The notes under the pieces were generated by a model. The model made no database searches. It was not told the origin of the DNA and saw only the letters and a program-made list of their open reading frames with translations. DNA of 64,000 nt from Eledone cirrhosa (lineage: Eukaryota): contig OZ024741.1 of the NCBI GenBank assembly GCA_964016885.1, positions 139,004,001 through 139,068,000 on the forward strand, read 5' to 3'. Below, one piece after another: positions 1 through 13,236 of the stretch. How positions within the stretch are numbered: position 1 is the stretch's first letter; every line of letters begins with the position of its first letter. A program made the translations under genes and the position numbers.

Positions 1-2025
1 CCGGTTCCAAAGGGATGCCCTGCAACAACTCCAACTTCCGCAGTAGTGGCTCGAGAGTCAACACATACAGAAGGGAGGAGAGAGGGCACCCTTGTCGGAT
101 GGACCGCGCGATTTTGAACGGCTCCGAGAGGTAGCCGTTCACCTTGACCCTAGAGCAGATGCGGCTGCTGTGCATAGCAGTGATCCAGCCCCTGAAAACG
201 GGTCCGAAGCCTGCCGCCGCTAGCACCGCATCCAGGTAACCATGGTCGACCCTATCGAACGCCTTAGATTGATCCAAGTTGATCAGAGCCCCACCAAAGC
301 CGGGTTCATTCCCAACCCTCTCTATGATGTATCGCATGAGGTGGAGGTTGTCATGGATGGACCTGGACGGGATAGCGCATGTCTGCCACCAGGTTGCCCA
401 CGACAAGCGCCAACCTCTTTGCTAGCACCTTGGCCAAAATCTGTAACTCTGTATTTAGCAGAGTTATGGGCCTGAAGTTACTTATTTCGTCCCCCTTGTT
501 CTCGTCCTTCCTCACTAGCGTGACTACGCCCTTGGTCACAGTACAGGGAATTCTCCCGTTCTGTTGCCAGTTGCAGTAGACCGCCTCGAGGAGATCGGGG
601 AACAAGTCCGGCATAGCTAGATATAATTCGTAAGGAAGACCATCGAGACCCGGGGATTTGCGTTTGCCTCATTGGCTCAGCACGTCCTCTATCTCAGCGG
701 CCGAAATCGGCTCCTCGCAGGACTTCGCCTCCCTGTCCGAGAGGTGCGGCAGGCCGTCGAGGTTTGGACCGAAGTCCACGTTCCCGACCGGCTCCCCGCC
801 CCTCCCGAACAGTCGGGCAAAGTGCCTTTGAAAGGCCTCACACATCTGCTTAGGCTCAAGAATCGCCCGTCCATCCAGGTCTCGCAAAGACCGGATGGTG
901 GATTTAGTTCCACTGTTGGCCTCTGTCACGCGGGCCCAGCCAACAGCTTTGGTCCCCTCGTTCCCTAGAGCACGTATTTTACTTCGGACAACGCAGCCTT
1001 CGTGCTTCGCGTCGAAAAACTGGCTCAAAGCCGTTCTCGACGCTAGCACTCTGGCCACGTCGCCGCTTCTAATTGCCTCTTCTACTCTATCTATTAGCTC
1101 CCTTTCCTTCTTATTCCTATCCGCCGCTAGAACCTTACTAAATTCTACCGAGACTACTCTAATCTCTCTCTTTAGAGATACCCACCACCTGCTGTTGACG
1201 ATCGCTCCAGTCAACCGTTCCTTAACTAACGTACTAATCCGATTCCTGTAGGCTCTACTTGCCGGCAAGGACAAGTTGAGCTTCCAGTAACCGGGGCCCT
1301 GTCTATGCGTTCTATCAAGGTTGACCATGCAGGTCACCAACTTGTGGTCTGAATAGCCAACCATGAGCATTTCTGGACAACTTAAAAAAGTCCCTGTCCT
1401 TATTTCTAACTAAAAATCTATCTAGGTACGACCTAGATGATCCGCTGCGATTTGACTAAGACCAGGTTGGCACCGTCGGAAAATCTAGTCGAAATCTATC
1501 GGCCAGGTCAAATCGGCCGAGTAACCCCTTGAGGCTGTTGCACCCCTCTCTATCGGGACATGCCCCTGCATAGTCCCAACGTGCATCCAGGATACCATTC
1601 CAATCCCCCACTAAAAGCAGGGAACGGGACGTCCCTAGAAAAGACTCCAGACGCTGGAAAAAGTCGGGCCGCTCTGTCCCAAAAGGGGCATATGCGGCTA
1701 TCAGCCTAAAGGCTCTATCTTCACCACTGCCAAGGTCCAGCACCACCAGTCGACCCCCTGGGTCCAAATGAACTATCTGTGTTGCAAGGCCCATATGTTT
1801 TTGCAGCAGAACGACAACCCTACCCCCACCTCCGGGCTGACAGAGAGATGCGTGCATCTCAAAGTCGTCAAAGGTGGGGGCTAGCTGTCGCATGCTGCTG
1901 ATCCGGGCCTCGCAGATAACCATCACATTTATAGATTGTGACCTGAGGTCATTTAGAAGCATTGCTTGCTTCCAAGACGAGCCCAGGCCACGCGCATTTA
2001 GACACCCTACTCTTAGCACAGCCAT
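1..2025 (-). pseudogene. Disrupted LINE ORF2 (APE endonuclease plus N-terminal part of RT)
   Basis: Split ORFs 1456-2049, 669-1370 and 351-614 are collinear with the ORF2 at 33247-36658. Confidence 0.9.
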
Positions 2026-2461
2026 GTTGGTGGTACAGAGAAAAGGCACTTACCCCTCTGCGTCCCGGGAAACGGGCCGCTCAATTTCCATGCTGGTTGG
2101 GGATGGGTTGTTGGGTGGGGTGGTGGTTTGTGGAAGTGAAGGGGCATCGGTGTGTTGTGGGGTTGGGGTGTTTGTGGTTGAGTGGGTGTCTGGGTGGGGT
2201 GGGGGTGGGTGAAATTTGTTAGGAGGACGCGGTTGAATGGTTTGGCGCAGGGGGGGGGGGATACGTCCTCCGTGAAATTTATTTTCAGTGTTTTGTACAA
2301 GTGCATTGGGACTTTTATCATTTTTAAATGAGGTAGTCCCACAGCAGTTATAAAGTTTGGCCCTTCAGTTTGGACCGAAGGGTTTGCTGAAATTGTTTTC
2401 CGTAATTCTTTGTTGTCTGTGTTCATGTATGTGTATTGTAAGGTCTTTTTTTGTGTAGCAG

Positions 2462-3699
2462 TTAGTGTTGTGTGACAGGGAGGGGTGGTTTGTGTGTAGT
2501 TTGTGTTCTCTTGGGGGGGGGGTTAAAGTTAACATGTGTGTCTGTGGTGCGTCTCCTCTTCTTTCTTTTTACTTGTTGGAAGGGATCTTTTTCGTCTTGC
2601 GACGAAAGAGGTTCGTCTTCCTTGTTGGGTGGGAGGGGTATGTTTTCTGGTAGTGTTTGCGGTGTGCGTGTTTTTGTATTTGTTTTGGGTGGGGAGGGAT
2701 TGGGTGGGAGAGTATTCTGTGTTATTTTTTCACGTGTTTGTTGTTGTTGTTGTTGTGGTGGTGGTGGTGGGATTGTTGGTTTTTGTTGTTGTTGTGGTTG
2801 TTTTTGTTGTTGTAGTTGGGGTGGTGTTGGTGTTGGTAGCAGTGTTTTTTTCTGTGTGAGCTGGGGACAGGCAGCCCTCAGGTGACCTCTATTGCCACAG
2901 AGGTAACAGGAGGGACGCCTACCCTCCACAATAATGTTGAGGTGGGTACGGTCATCCAGCATGACGCGCTCAGGGATTTGGGCGATGCGTTCTGGCCTTA
3001 TTTGGGTCAGAACTTCGATGCTCGTTCCACTGAACGCGTCGCCGGATGCCTTCCCTATTGAAATGAGGTTGGCCTCGTCTAAATTGAGGAAACCGGTTAG
3101 TAACCACCAGTAGTTTATGTTTGGGGTGATGGTGGTTATCCATATCCTCTGGGTTTTTTTACCCATGTAGGTGGGGAAGAAGGTGTAGTGTGTGGACCGA
3201 ATTGGCGACACAGAGTATTTTTTTGCCGCCAATTCATCTTTCATCAATATGGATAAACTCCCATAGAGTTTATCCTTTTGTATAAAAGTGATATCTCTCA
3301 TCGCGTCTTTCAAGACTAACTGAATTTCCGCTTGAGATGGTTGCGCTGGTTTCTTTGTTTTATTTAAAATTGTTCGGAATACGACAGTTCGTAATTCCGT
3401 CTGTCTTTTTAGCTCCGGAGGTGAATGTATAGAAAACGAACCGTTTTCGCCAAAAGATACATATTTCTTGGCTTTTTCCAGCATTTCTTTTGCTTTTGAA
3501 ATATCTTCCAGCACATAAGTGACTGATAATTTAGCCGTTTGTGCAAAAGATATTTTGTTTTCGCTTTGGATTTTAGTATTGTTTTGTTTCTCGTCGTTTG
3601 TGTTGTTTTCATCTTTGTTGTTGTTGTTGTCTTTCTCGTTTGGTGTGTGGATACTTGTGACGTTTGTGTTGTTGTTGTTTTTGTTGTCTTTATTGTTGC

Positions 3700-3740
<41 letters not shown>

Positions 3741-3913
3741 TCAAATTCTTGTGTAGTTGTGGCTACATCTAGTGGTCGGTCAACAGGTGAAGACAATTCT
3801 TCCTCTCTCTGACCTCTGCCTTTGGCATCTGCTGCTGTGACAGTGGCAGGGGGAAGCTGTGAGTATGACTTCCCCTTTCCTTCTTTGATTGATGGTGAAG
3901 ATGCTTCAGCCAT
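2462..3913 (-). CDS. LINE ORF1 (gag-like, zinc knuckle) of Tx1-like family A
   Basis: Long ORF with CYLCGNRGHLRAAC, and Asn-rich and Pro/Gln-rich linkers. Shares SFA..AK and IVEGRRP with the ORF1 at 39866. Confidence 0.85.
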
Positions 3914-4524
3914 TTTTCTCAAGATACGGTTTTTCGAAGTTTTTCGAAAGATAAAATGTTCACAATACTATTTCGCCCAAAGGCGCAGAATATTTTGAGA
4001 GACCGACCAGATCAAAATTTGACCTGGCAGTCCCTCTACAAAATGGTACAAAAATGAAAGTTTACAGTTTACAATTTTCGTATGAATTTAAACAAAAACT
4101 TACCGAGCGAGCTCAGCACATGTGTCCATCGTAAAGAGATAGATAGATAGCTTTATATATATATTGAGAGAGAGGGTGAGAGAGATGGATATATTTATAC
4201 TGTTGTACAGGTCTTCGGAAATTGCATTTCAGTCATCTTCTTTTTATATTTCTCACAATATAATATATAGAGAACTAAAGAGTAACATCTTCTGCACATT
4301 TGAACGTGTATAGACGTGGGCAATGTTGTGTTGTTAAAGCTTTCTCTTCACAACTACGTTCTTTCGGTTATACACACACACACATACACACACAAAGACA
4401 CTCACACATACATATCTATCCAGCCCCACCTCATTCTCTCTCTCTCTCTCTCTTTATATATAGCACATCTATGTATGTATATATATATATATATATTCAA
4501 ACATATATACGTACGTACATGCCT

Positions 4525-5690
4525 ACATATGTGCCTGTTCTAAGACCAACATTTGGAATACTAGATATGACAATAAAATAATCCTAAATGACATCGGAAA
4601 CTTCCTCATCAACAGTGGCATAGACCACCTCTACTTGAAACGTAAGCAGGGAGGAAGAGGCCTAACATCAGCCCAGACAACATTTGAGTCTCGCATCATA
4701 TCCCTCAAACAACATCTATGAACGACCAAGCGAAGGAGCCTATCTATTGAGCAGCTTTTTCTGAATGAAACAAATAAGGTCATGAGAGTTGCGAAGGAAC
4801 TGGTTGAAAAATGCTTCCTGCGTGGTAATCAAAACTCAGACCGTGGGAAATCGCCTAGCAATACTGCAGTGAAACCATGAATGAAAACATGCATGCTTAT
4901 CTACAAAACATCATGCATGGATATGTTGCCAGGAGACTCCCGAGTCAGTGTAAGATAAATAAGCAAAGTAGTCTATCTTGGATTAACAACCGCTATATCG
5001 GCTCCCACATTTAAGAATATGCTTTTGCAATCCCAAAACAGGAAATAAATATAAAATAGCTGATTCACGAAGAAGATAGGGATGCAGGCAAAACAGTTAG
5101 ATGTGATAACAAATGCCGGCTCGGGCATAATTTACACAGAAGATGTCACATATGTCATAAGTAGCTGTCCAAAGATGTCATCAGCGTACTATCTACCTAT
5201 TGGCCGAAAAACTATACGATGCCATCCGTAAATAAAGATAGCCCTGAAAGTAAACATATTAAAATTCACAGTAATGTGGAAGACATAAACATTCATAATA
5301 TGAAAGATTACTGGTGGAATCTTCCAGTCAAAGCCCCAATAACATGCAAGCTTAACAGACCTGATATAATGATATGAGAGAGAAAAGGAGGCATGCACTT
5401 TATTGAATGTCAGCAGCCCAGCAGATGACAATATAATATTAAAGATCAGCGAAAAGCAAATTTCTATGCAGAACGGATTTGAAATCTGCAGATACTCCAC
5501 ACTGACTAAACCTTCAGATTTATACCTGTGATTATTGGCGCTCTGGGATATGTTACTAACTGCCTCAGTACAAACTTGAGAAGCTAGGCTTCACAGAACC
5601 AAAAAGAACACGACTAGTGACAGAGTCACAAATACCATCATTTAATGGAACTGTAAAAATATCTAAAACATTCAAAAAAATTCTGCAAGT
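4525..5690 (+). mobile_element. Degenerate 3' fragment of an R4/Dong-type RLE non-LTR retrotransposon
   Basis: Manual translation gives PVLRPTFGILD, DHLYLKRKQGGRGL, KCRL..EDVTYVISSCPKMSS (CCHC region) and FIPVIIGALG. These parallel the element at 36925-39058; many stops. Confidence 0.75.
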
Positions 5691-6370
5691 AATAAATGTA
5701 CAGATAAACACGTATGCACATGCGCACATATAACTCAGAAATACATATGCACAGATACAATAACATCGCTAGCTGCACACACGCACACACACGCACGCAT
5801 GCAGACATGTAGACATATTTATTTAGTTGATGTCAATTCCAATGAAAGAATATAGTGACTATAGTAGAAACCGACTCTCTCTCTCCCTCTCTCTCTCTCT
5901 CAGTTGGTAAAAATGTACAAAATTATGAAGCCGGAAGAACATACATACTGAATACAGACAGAGCAACGTATCATTGCATATACGCAAAAGTGTGATCTAC
6001 ACGCCCGTATAGACATGGACGTGAGGGCCGATAAATTGTTAAATACCTTTACATTTGCGATCACATATTTCGTAAGAGTTGCCTCCCTTCAAATCAAATA
6101 CACTTTTCGTTGCAAAGATATTTGTAAACTATATTGTAAATATTTGGTGTTAATAACGTCAGAGAATATTAAAGTTAGTACCTGTGGCTCAAAAAGTATG
6201 TCAAATTGTGGAAAACTGGTGGTAAGGGTATGTGATCATTTATAGACATGTATGTGCGTATGAGAAATAAACAGATAGAAAGATTGAACGATACATAAAT
6301 AGAAGGAGAAGAAGATGAGTAATCAAGGGAAGACAGAGTGCGTGAATGTAGGGAAAACAAATATGAGAAA

Positions 6371-6385
6371 ACATGAGCTAGAGAG

Positions 6386-6458
<73 letters not shown>

Positions 6459-6610
6459 TACAGAGAGAGAGAGAGAAAGAAAGGAACCGAGAGTGAGAGA
6501 GAGAGAGTAAGGGGGGAAAAGCAATCGGTGGTGTCGTTACTGGTTGTGCCGAAATTTTAAGCTCCGTTATAAAGAAAAACAAATACGTAAAGTTATCGTG
6601 TTATATCGTG

Positions 6611-6702
<92 letters not shown>

Positions 6703-6715
6703 ATATATATATGTG

Positions 6716-6747
<32 letters not shown>

Positions 6748-6860
6748 TATATACATATATATATACATATATATATATATACACATATATATATACACAT
6801 ACATATATATATATATATATATACATATACACACATATATATGTGTGTGTGTGTGTGTGT
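6371..6860. repeat. (GA)n and (TA)n/(CA)n microsatellite tracts
   Basis: Directly visible; source of the spurious IY and ER ORFs. Confidence 0.95.
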
Positions 6861-7125
6861 GAGCACGTACCTGTGTATGTATGTATATTAATTTTAAGAG
6901 ACAAAATAAGTTATATCAATATTGATAAGATATCAATATTTTAGTTAATTTTACAATAGCTTTTGATACATATATACATGCACACATGCATACACACAAA
7001 CAAGCATACATATATGCCTACACACATACATAGTACTATTATTTCGTATGTAATAATAAGTCCTTATAACTATATATATGGAACTCGCATCTCCCCCGTT
7101 CTTCTCCATCTGCTCCCCCATCTCC

Positions 7126-7176
<51 letters not shown>

Positions 7177-7180
<4 letters not shown>

Positions 7181-7374
7181 AACAAGTATGACCACGACGG
7201 CAGAGCGCAAGCCGTTTCGACGGCTAATTCTCGAATTAGTCCAGAATTAGCAGTCGAAACGGCTTGAGCTCTGCCGTCGGGGTCATACTTGTTCCTATTA
7301 CCCACTCTACTACCCTAAGTATTGAGTACTTTGGTGCGTTATGGTCCACCTGGTTCCTTACCGCATTTCCTTCG

Positions 7375-7376
<2 letters not shown>
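7177..7376 (+). mobile_element. Short PLE-terminus-like element with a fold-back head, embedded in (TA)n
   Basis: 55-bp inverted arms at 7177-7231 and 7243-7297. Contains the 3' half of a hammerhead (GAAAC-GGC..GCC-GTC, 7256-7278). A second copy lies at 9453-9517 plus 12660-12773. Confidence 0.65.
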
Positions 7377-7449
<73 letters not shown>

Positions 7450-7453
<4 letters not shown>

Positions 7454-8695
7454 AAAATTGAACGGGAACAAAACAGAGAGGCAGTACGAACAAATGTTTA
7501 TTAGTTTCACGCTCTTGAGAGTGGGGTGGTGGTGGGGGACGACGTTTCGGGCATAACCCCTTCTTCAGGCGAAAAGTGTGTGGGAAGAGAGTTGCAAGGG
7601 GTGTGTAAGGGAGTGGGGGAGAGACATTTCGAAAAAAGGGGGTGAGAGGAAACGGTACAAATGAAAATAAATATAAAAGCATAATAAAAATAAAAATAAA
7701 CATGAAGTAAAACAAGTGGTCGGAGGGTGTGGGCGTGTAGGGGTGGTGGCGGGGGGGGGGGGGGGGAGGCGGGGTGTCCGAGCGGGGAGGGCTGAAGGTG
7801 GTGTGTGTGTGTAGGTGTACGTGTGTGTGTGTGTGTGTGTGTGCGTGTGTATGTGAATGTGAGAGTTGGGGGAAGAACGGGGTTGCATGTTGAGGAAAAT
7901 GTGTGTAGGGGTGGGGTGTAGGTCGGTGGGTGTGTGCGTGTGTGGATGGGGAGGGGTCAGAGGGGTGGGGAAAGGGATGTGAGGATTCCGGAGGCTGAGT
8001 GTTTAAATATGTGGTGGTACTCACGTGTGTGGTGTTTATACGTATTGTGGATGTAGGTGGCGTGTGGGGAAAAAAATGTTTTTAGTGTATGTCCGTTGGA
8101 AAGTTCCTAAGGTAATTCCGTAGCGGATGTGGTGGGATGCTGGGTAATTTCCTTGTGATGGATTTGATTCGTGGGAGCGTTGTCCAATGTGTGTACTCCG
8201 TGGTTGGGTTGGTCGGAAGAGGGGAGATGTGGGGAGCGCGCGCAACGGTAAGTGGTCAGAGGGTCAAGGCAGGAGGAGGGTTGTGTGTCTGTGTGTGCGG
8301 AGTGGTGGTCAGAGTAACAGGGCTAGGCAGCAGTCGGGGAGTATGGCAGGTGGAGAAAGTCAATTTGTGCGGAGGTGCGGTGGACAGGGGAGAGGATGGG
8401 TAGGTGTTAAAGGTGGAGTAGCGAGGGGGGTATTAGTAGAGGTGTTAGTGGGATGTGAGTGTGTGTGTGAGAAGGGATGTGGGTGGAGAGGGGAGGGGGA
8501 AGGGAGAGAGAAAGGTGTGGGGGTCGGTGGAGGGAGTGTAGGGTACTGGTGTGTGTGTGCGTGTTTGGATGAGTGTGTGTGTGGTGAAAGGGGGGTGTTA
8601 GTGGTGGTAGGGTGTGTAGAGTGGGTGGTGTAAGAGGGTGTGTGTGTTCGTGTGCGTGGGGTCGGTGGGTATTAGCGGTATTGGAAAGGGTTATA
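7450..8695 (-). mobile_element. Penelope-like element 3' region/pLTR
   Basis: Minus strand has CTGAAGAAGGGG..CCCGAAACGTC followed by AATAAA and ends in (TA)n; the body is C/A-rich low complexity. Confidence 0.55.
7538..7575 (-). ncRNA. Minimal type I hammerhead ribozyme motif (stem I weak)
   Basis: CUGAAGA-AGGGGUUAUGCCC-GAAAC-GUC on the minus strand. Confidence 0.55.
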
Positions 8696-8697
8696 TA

Positions 8698-9455
<758 letters not shown>

Positions 9456-9517
9456 CGAAGGAAATGCGGTAAGGAACCAGATGGACCATAACGCAGCAAA
9501 GTACTCAATACTTAGGC

Positions 9518-12500
9518 CAGTTGTCGCCAACATGGGTTCCGCGGAACCTTGGGGTTCCGTAAAACAAACTCCGGGTTCCTTAAAAAAATAAATATTTACA
9601 TTACCATTAATATTTTGGGTTTTCTGAATAAGGTGCAAAGAAAATGCCCAAGGTGCAATGTATAAATGAACAAGTACTATTGTAGTGTACACAGGTTCTC
9701 CACTCCAATTCGTGGAAAACACTACTTTCAGTTTCTCACTTGAATTAGCAGAAAAACACTGTTCTGAGATTCGTGGAAATTGAATACTTTCAATTTCACA
9801 TCAATTCTTGGAAAGACATAGTATTCTGAATTCCGAGAATTTGACTACTACTGATAATACACTAATTGAACTTAGAAATTGACCAATCACGAACAAGTAA
9901 ATGTTGGTCGATGACAGCATAACTTTAAACTGAAAACTTCAGTTCAGCGAGGTCTCTCAGCCAAGAGGTAGGGTCAGTTCGCTGTTCTCACAACGTAAGT
10001 TCAGTAGAATGTTTTCAATAGAGAACACGTTTTAATCCGCTGCCCTCACAAAAGCTTTAAAGTCGTCTAAAGTTTCCTCACTGAGTGAACTCGCTTACTA
10101 GTCGTTTTCAACATGCATCCAGTTCCACAGACAATTCTAAATAAGAACACGTTACATTCTGTTGTACTTTGCACAGAAAATATAACGCCTGTAAAGTTTT
10201 GATTACTAACAAAGGTAATTTTGTATTCCATGCATACACTATAAACTTTGCCACACAATTATATATTCATTTGATGAAATATATTTACATTACCAATAAT
10301 ATTTAATACGACCCTAAAGTAGTATATGCAGGAAGTACTGGACTCTGAAAAAAATGTCTTCTAGTTGTTCATAAATTTGCACCTTTTTCAGTAATCCCTA
10401 ATATTTTAATATTATTATAAGACTTTAAATAATATGTTTGCCATCCTAAAATGGAGAAATTTCAATTTTTAAAACTTAAAATTTTTTTTTAACTAGTTAA
10501 ATTTTTCCAAATATCTAAAATTAAAGTTAATTTAAGTACTTTTTGTAATTAAAAAAACTGTTAATTTCTCTTGTTTATTAATGTCATATTAAAAATGTTA
10601 ACTGTAGATAAATAACATTGATATGATGTCTACTGCAAAAAAGCTGAAGTTAGATACCAGCAGTAAGGTTAGACAGTGTTGTGATGATTATGTTAGATAT
10701 GGATTTCAAAAAGCTGACACTAAAAAAGATACACAAGATCAGCCCATGCGTTTGCTATGTTCAAAAGTTCTATCAAATAGCTGTTTAAATCCTGCAAAAC
10801 TTAAAATACACGTTGATACTAATCACACCAATGATAAAAACAAGTCACTGGAATACTTTACTTCGCTGAAAAACAACATTAAAAAATCACAAGCTAATAT
10901 GTATGACTTGTTTTGTAAAAAGTCAGATAGAAATAAAGCTTTAACAAGAACATCTTTTGAGATTTCACATTTGATTGGTAAAAACAAGAAACCATTTACA
11001 TTAGGAGAACAGTTAATTCTTCCAAGTATAAACATTGCTACAGAGAATCTTTTTGAAAGCTGCAGTATTAAGGACAAAGAAAAATTAAGCCAGTTACCAT
11101 AAAGCCAAATACCGTAAAAAGAGGGATAATTGATATTTCTTCTGATATAGAAAATCAGATACTAACTGCACTGAGGAAAAGCCCATGTTTTGGACTGCAA
11201 GTGGATGAAACTACGGATATTAATAACAAGGCTCAATTAATTTGCTATGTACGGTTTGTAGACCTTGATAAAAAAAGAATTAGTAGAAGAGTATTTGTTT
11301 TGTCTGGCATTAGACATCACAACTAAAGGTCAAGATATATTCAATAAAATTGAGGAGTATTTAAAAAAAAATGGTGTATCTTGGAGCAAGTTGACTTCAA
11401 TAACAACAGATGGAGCAGCTGCAATGACTGGTAACAATTCTGGTTTGATTGCAAAAATTAAAGAACAGACCCCAAATTGTATTTCAAATCATTGTATGAT
11501 TCATCGAGCGGTTTTGTCTTTAAAAAAATTCAAAGACAGAGATGCTCAAATATTAAATGACCAGCTGAAAGACATTGTCAAAATTATCAATTTGATCCAT
11601 GCAAGAGCAAAAAATTCTAGAATGTTTGAATCTATTTGTGAATCTTCTGGAAGTAATTATAATAGATTGTTATTGAACAATGATGTGCGTTGGCTGTCTT
11701 TTGGGGATGCTATGAAGAGAGTTTTTGAACTGAGAGAAGAAATAATAGTTTTTCTAAAAAAACAGAATGATGAAGGAGCAAGTGTATTAGAAACCAATGA
11801 ATGGAATGTGCAACTCGCTTATTTAGTAGACATTTTTGGTGAACTGAACAAACTAAATAAGTGTCTTCCGGGTAACAATGCAGATAATTTTACTTCAATC
11901 AATTTTATTACATATTTTCAATCAAAATTAAACATCTTTATAAAAAAGAATTGAATCGGACAATTACTTTGAAACCTTGAAATAGAGCTTAAAGAGAGAG
12001 AAAATTTTGACTCCAGCAATCTAAAGAAGATTATTCGTTCTCATTTAAATGTGCTTTCCACAGGCTTTTCAGATTATTTTGACTTGATGGAAAAAGATAT
12101 TGTTAGCGGAAATTTATGGATAAAAAACCCGTTCACCGAGATCGAGCAGTTAGTGTCAGAAAATGACGCTGGAAATTGTAAAAATGTACTACCTGCCCAA
12201 TGCTTACATCAGTTGATGGATTTGAATTCAAACGAAGACCTGAAAGTGATATTCGAAAGCAGAAAGAAAGAAATATGGATCGACTTATTCTTGATTGGGG
12301 AGTTTAATGAAATCAGCCAACTTGCATTGAAGTATTTGACTTTATTCCCATCTAGCTATTTGTGCGAAAAAGAGCTTTCGCAGTTGGTAGAAATCTGCAC
12401 AAAGAAGAGGAATAAACTATCAGCAATTGACAAGTGTATGAGACTGGCATTAACTAGTGTTGAACGTCGATTTCCTAAACTCACTGATGAGCCGCAGCAG

Positions 12501-12659
12501 CAGAAAAGCCATTGTGTTCGATTACATACACACGCATGAAACACTAAAATAAATAAATACTTCATTATTTTTTTTGAAAAGTTTTGTATTGTATAGGTTC
12601 CGTGAAGAATTCAAAATATTTAGAGGGTTCCTCGGTTTTAGAAAGGTTGGCGACCACTG
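9518..12659 (+). mobile_element. Full-length hAT DNA transposon, Buster subfamily
   Basis: TIRs cagttgtcgccaac (9518-9531) and gttggcgaccactg (12646-12659). 8-bp TSD acttaggc/acttaggg with central TA. Subterminal GGTTCC repeats. Confidence 0.95.
10623..12539 (+). pseudogene. Frameshifted hAT (Buster/SPIN-like) transposase
   Basis: BED-finger remnant (LLCSKVL..KLKIHVDTNH), LQVDETTDI, ITTDGAAAMTG, CMIH, RW and SSYLCE. Split into ORFs 10623-11102, 11265-11954 and 12051-12539. Confidence 0.92.
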
Positions 12660-12773
12660 ACTTAGGGTAGTAGAGTGGGTAATACGAACAAGTGAACAAG
12701 TATGGGTAATAGGAACAAGTATGACCACGATGGCAGAGCTCAAGCCGTTTCGACGGCTAATTCTGGACTAATT
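12660..12773 (-). mobile_element. Second half of the PLE-terminus mini-element split by the hAT
   Basis: Joined to 9453-9517 it matches the reverse complement of 7234-7376. Confidence 0.75.
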
Positions 12774-12940
12774 GTGTGTGTGTGAGTGAGAGAGAGAGAA
12801 TTTTGGCCAGTATATTATTATGCTATCGATAGTGCCACGTAAATAGTAACGCAACTGTGTACAACTGGCGGACAATAGATAGCTGGACGTTTTAGAAAGA
12901 ATTGTTTAGCAATTTAGTTCCTGATGTAGGTGAGTGATAG

Positions 12941-12949
12941 ATACACACA

Positions 12950-13044
<95 letters not shown>

Positions 13045-13082
13045 GCGCGCACACACACACACATACACACACACACACGCAA

Positions 13083-13160
<78 letters not shown>

Positions 13161-13186
13161 GCTCTCGATAATGCACATATATACAC

Positions 13187-13235
<49 letters not shown>
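12941..13235. repeat. (CA)n/(TA)n microsatellites
   Basis: Directly visible. Confidence 0.95.

Positions 13236-13236
<1 letters not shown>

Larger units (their letters stand above)
1..4135 (-). mobile_element. Tx1/L1-clade non-LTR retrotransposon, family A, degenerate; runs off the window start
   Basis: ORF1 with a CCHC knuckle, then ORF2 fragments: APE endonuclease (GCLNARG, LLVGDWN, GYSDH) and RT (FRPITLLN; RQGCPLSP near 80-100). The 5' end abuts (GATA)n/(TA)n at ~4137. Confidence 0.92.

Noticed and set aside
5835-5875. Hammerhead-like hairpin plus GAAAC after the R4 fragment
   Set aside because: Lacks CUGANGA and stem I.
6544-6944. Many overlapping ORFs of IYIY/THTH/SLSL/ERER type (also at 12892-13423, 26857-27284 and 63261-63564)
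   Set aside because: Translations of dinucleotide microsatellites, not genes.
8080-8220. Minus-frame peptide ..YLRNFPTDI resembling the Tx1 ORF1 C-terminal motif
   Set aside because: Too short and compositionally biased to support homology.
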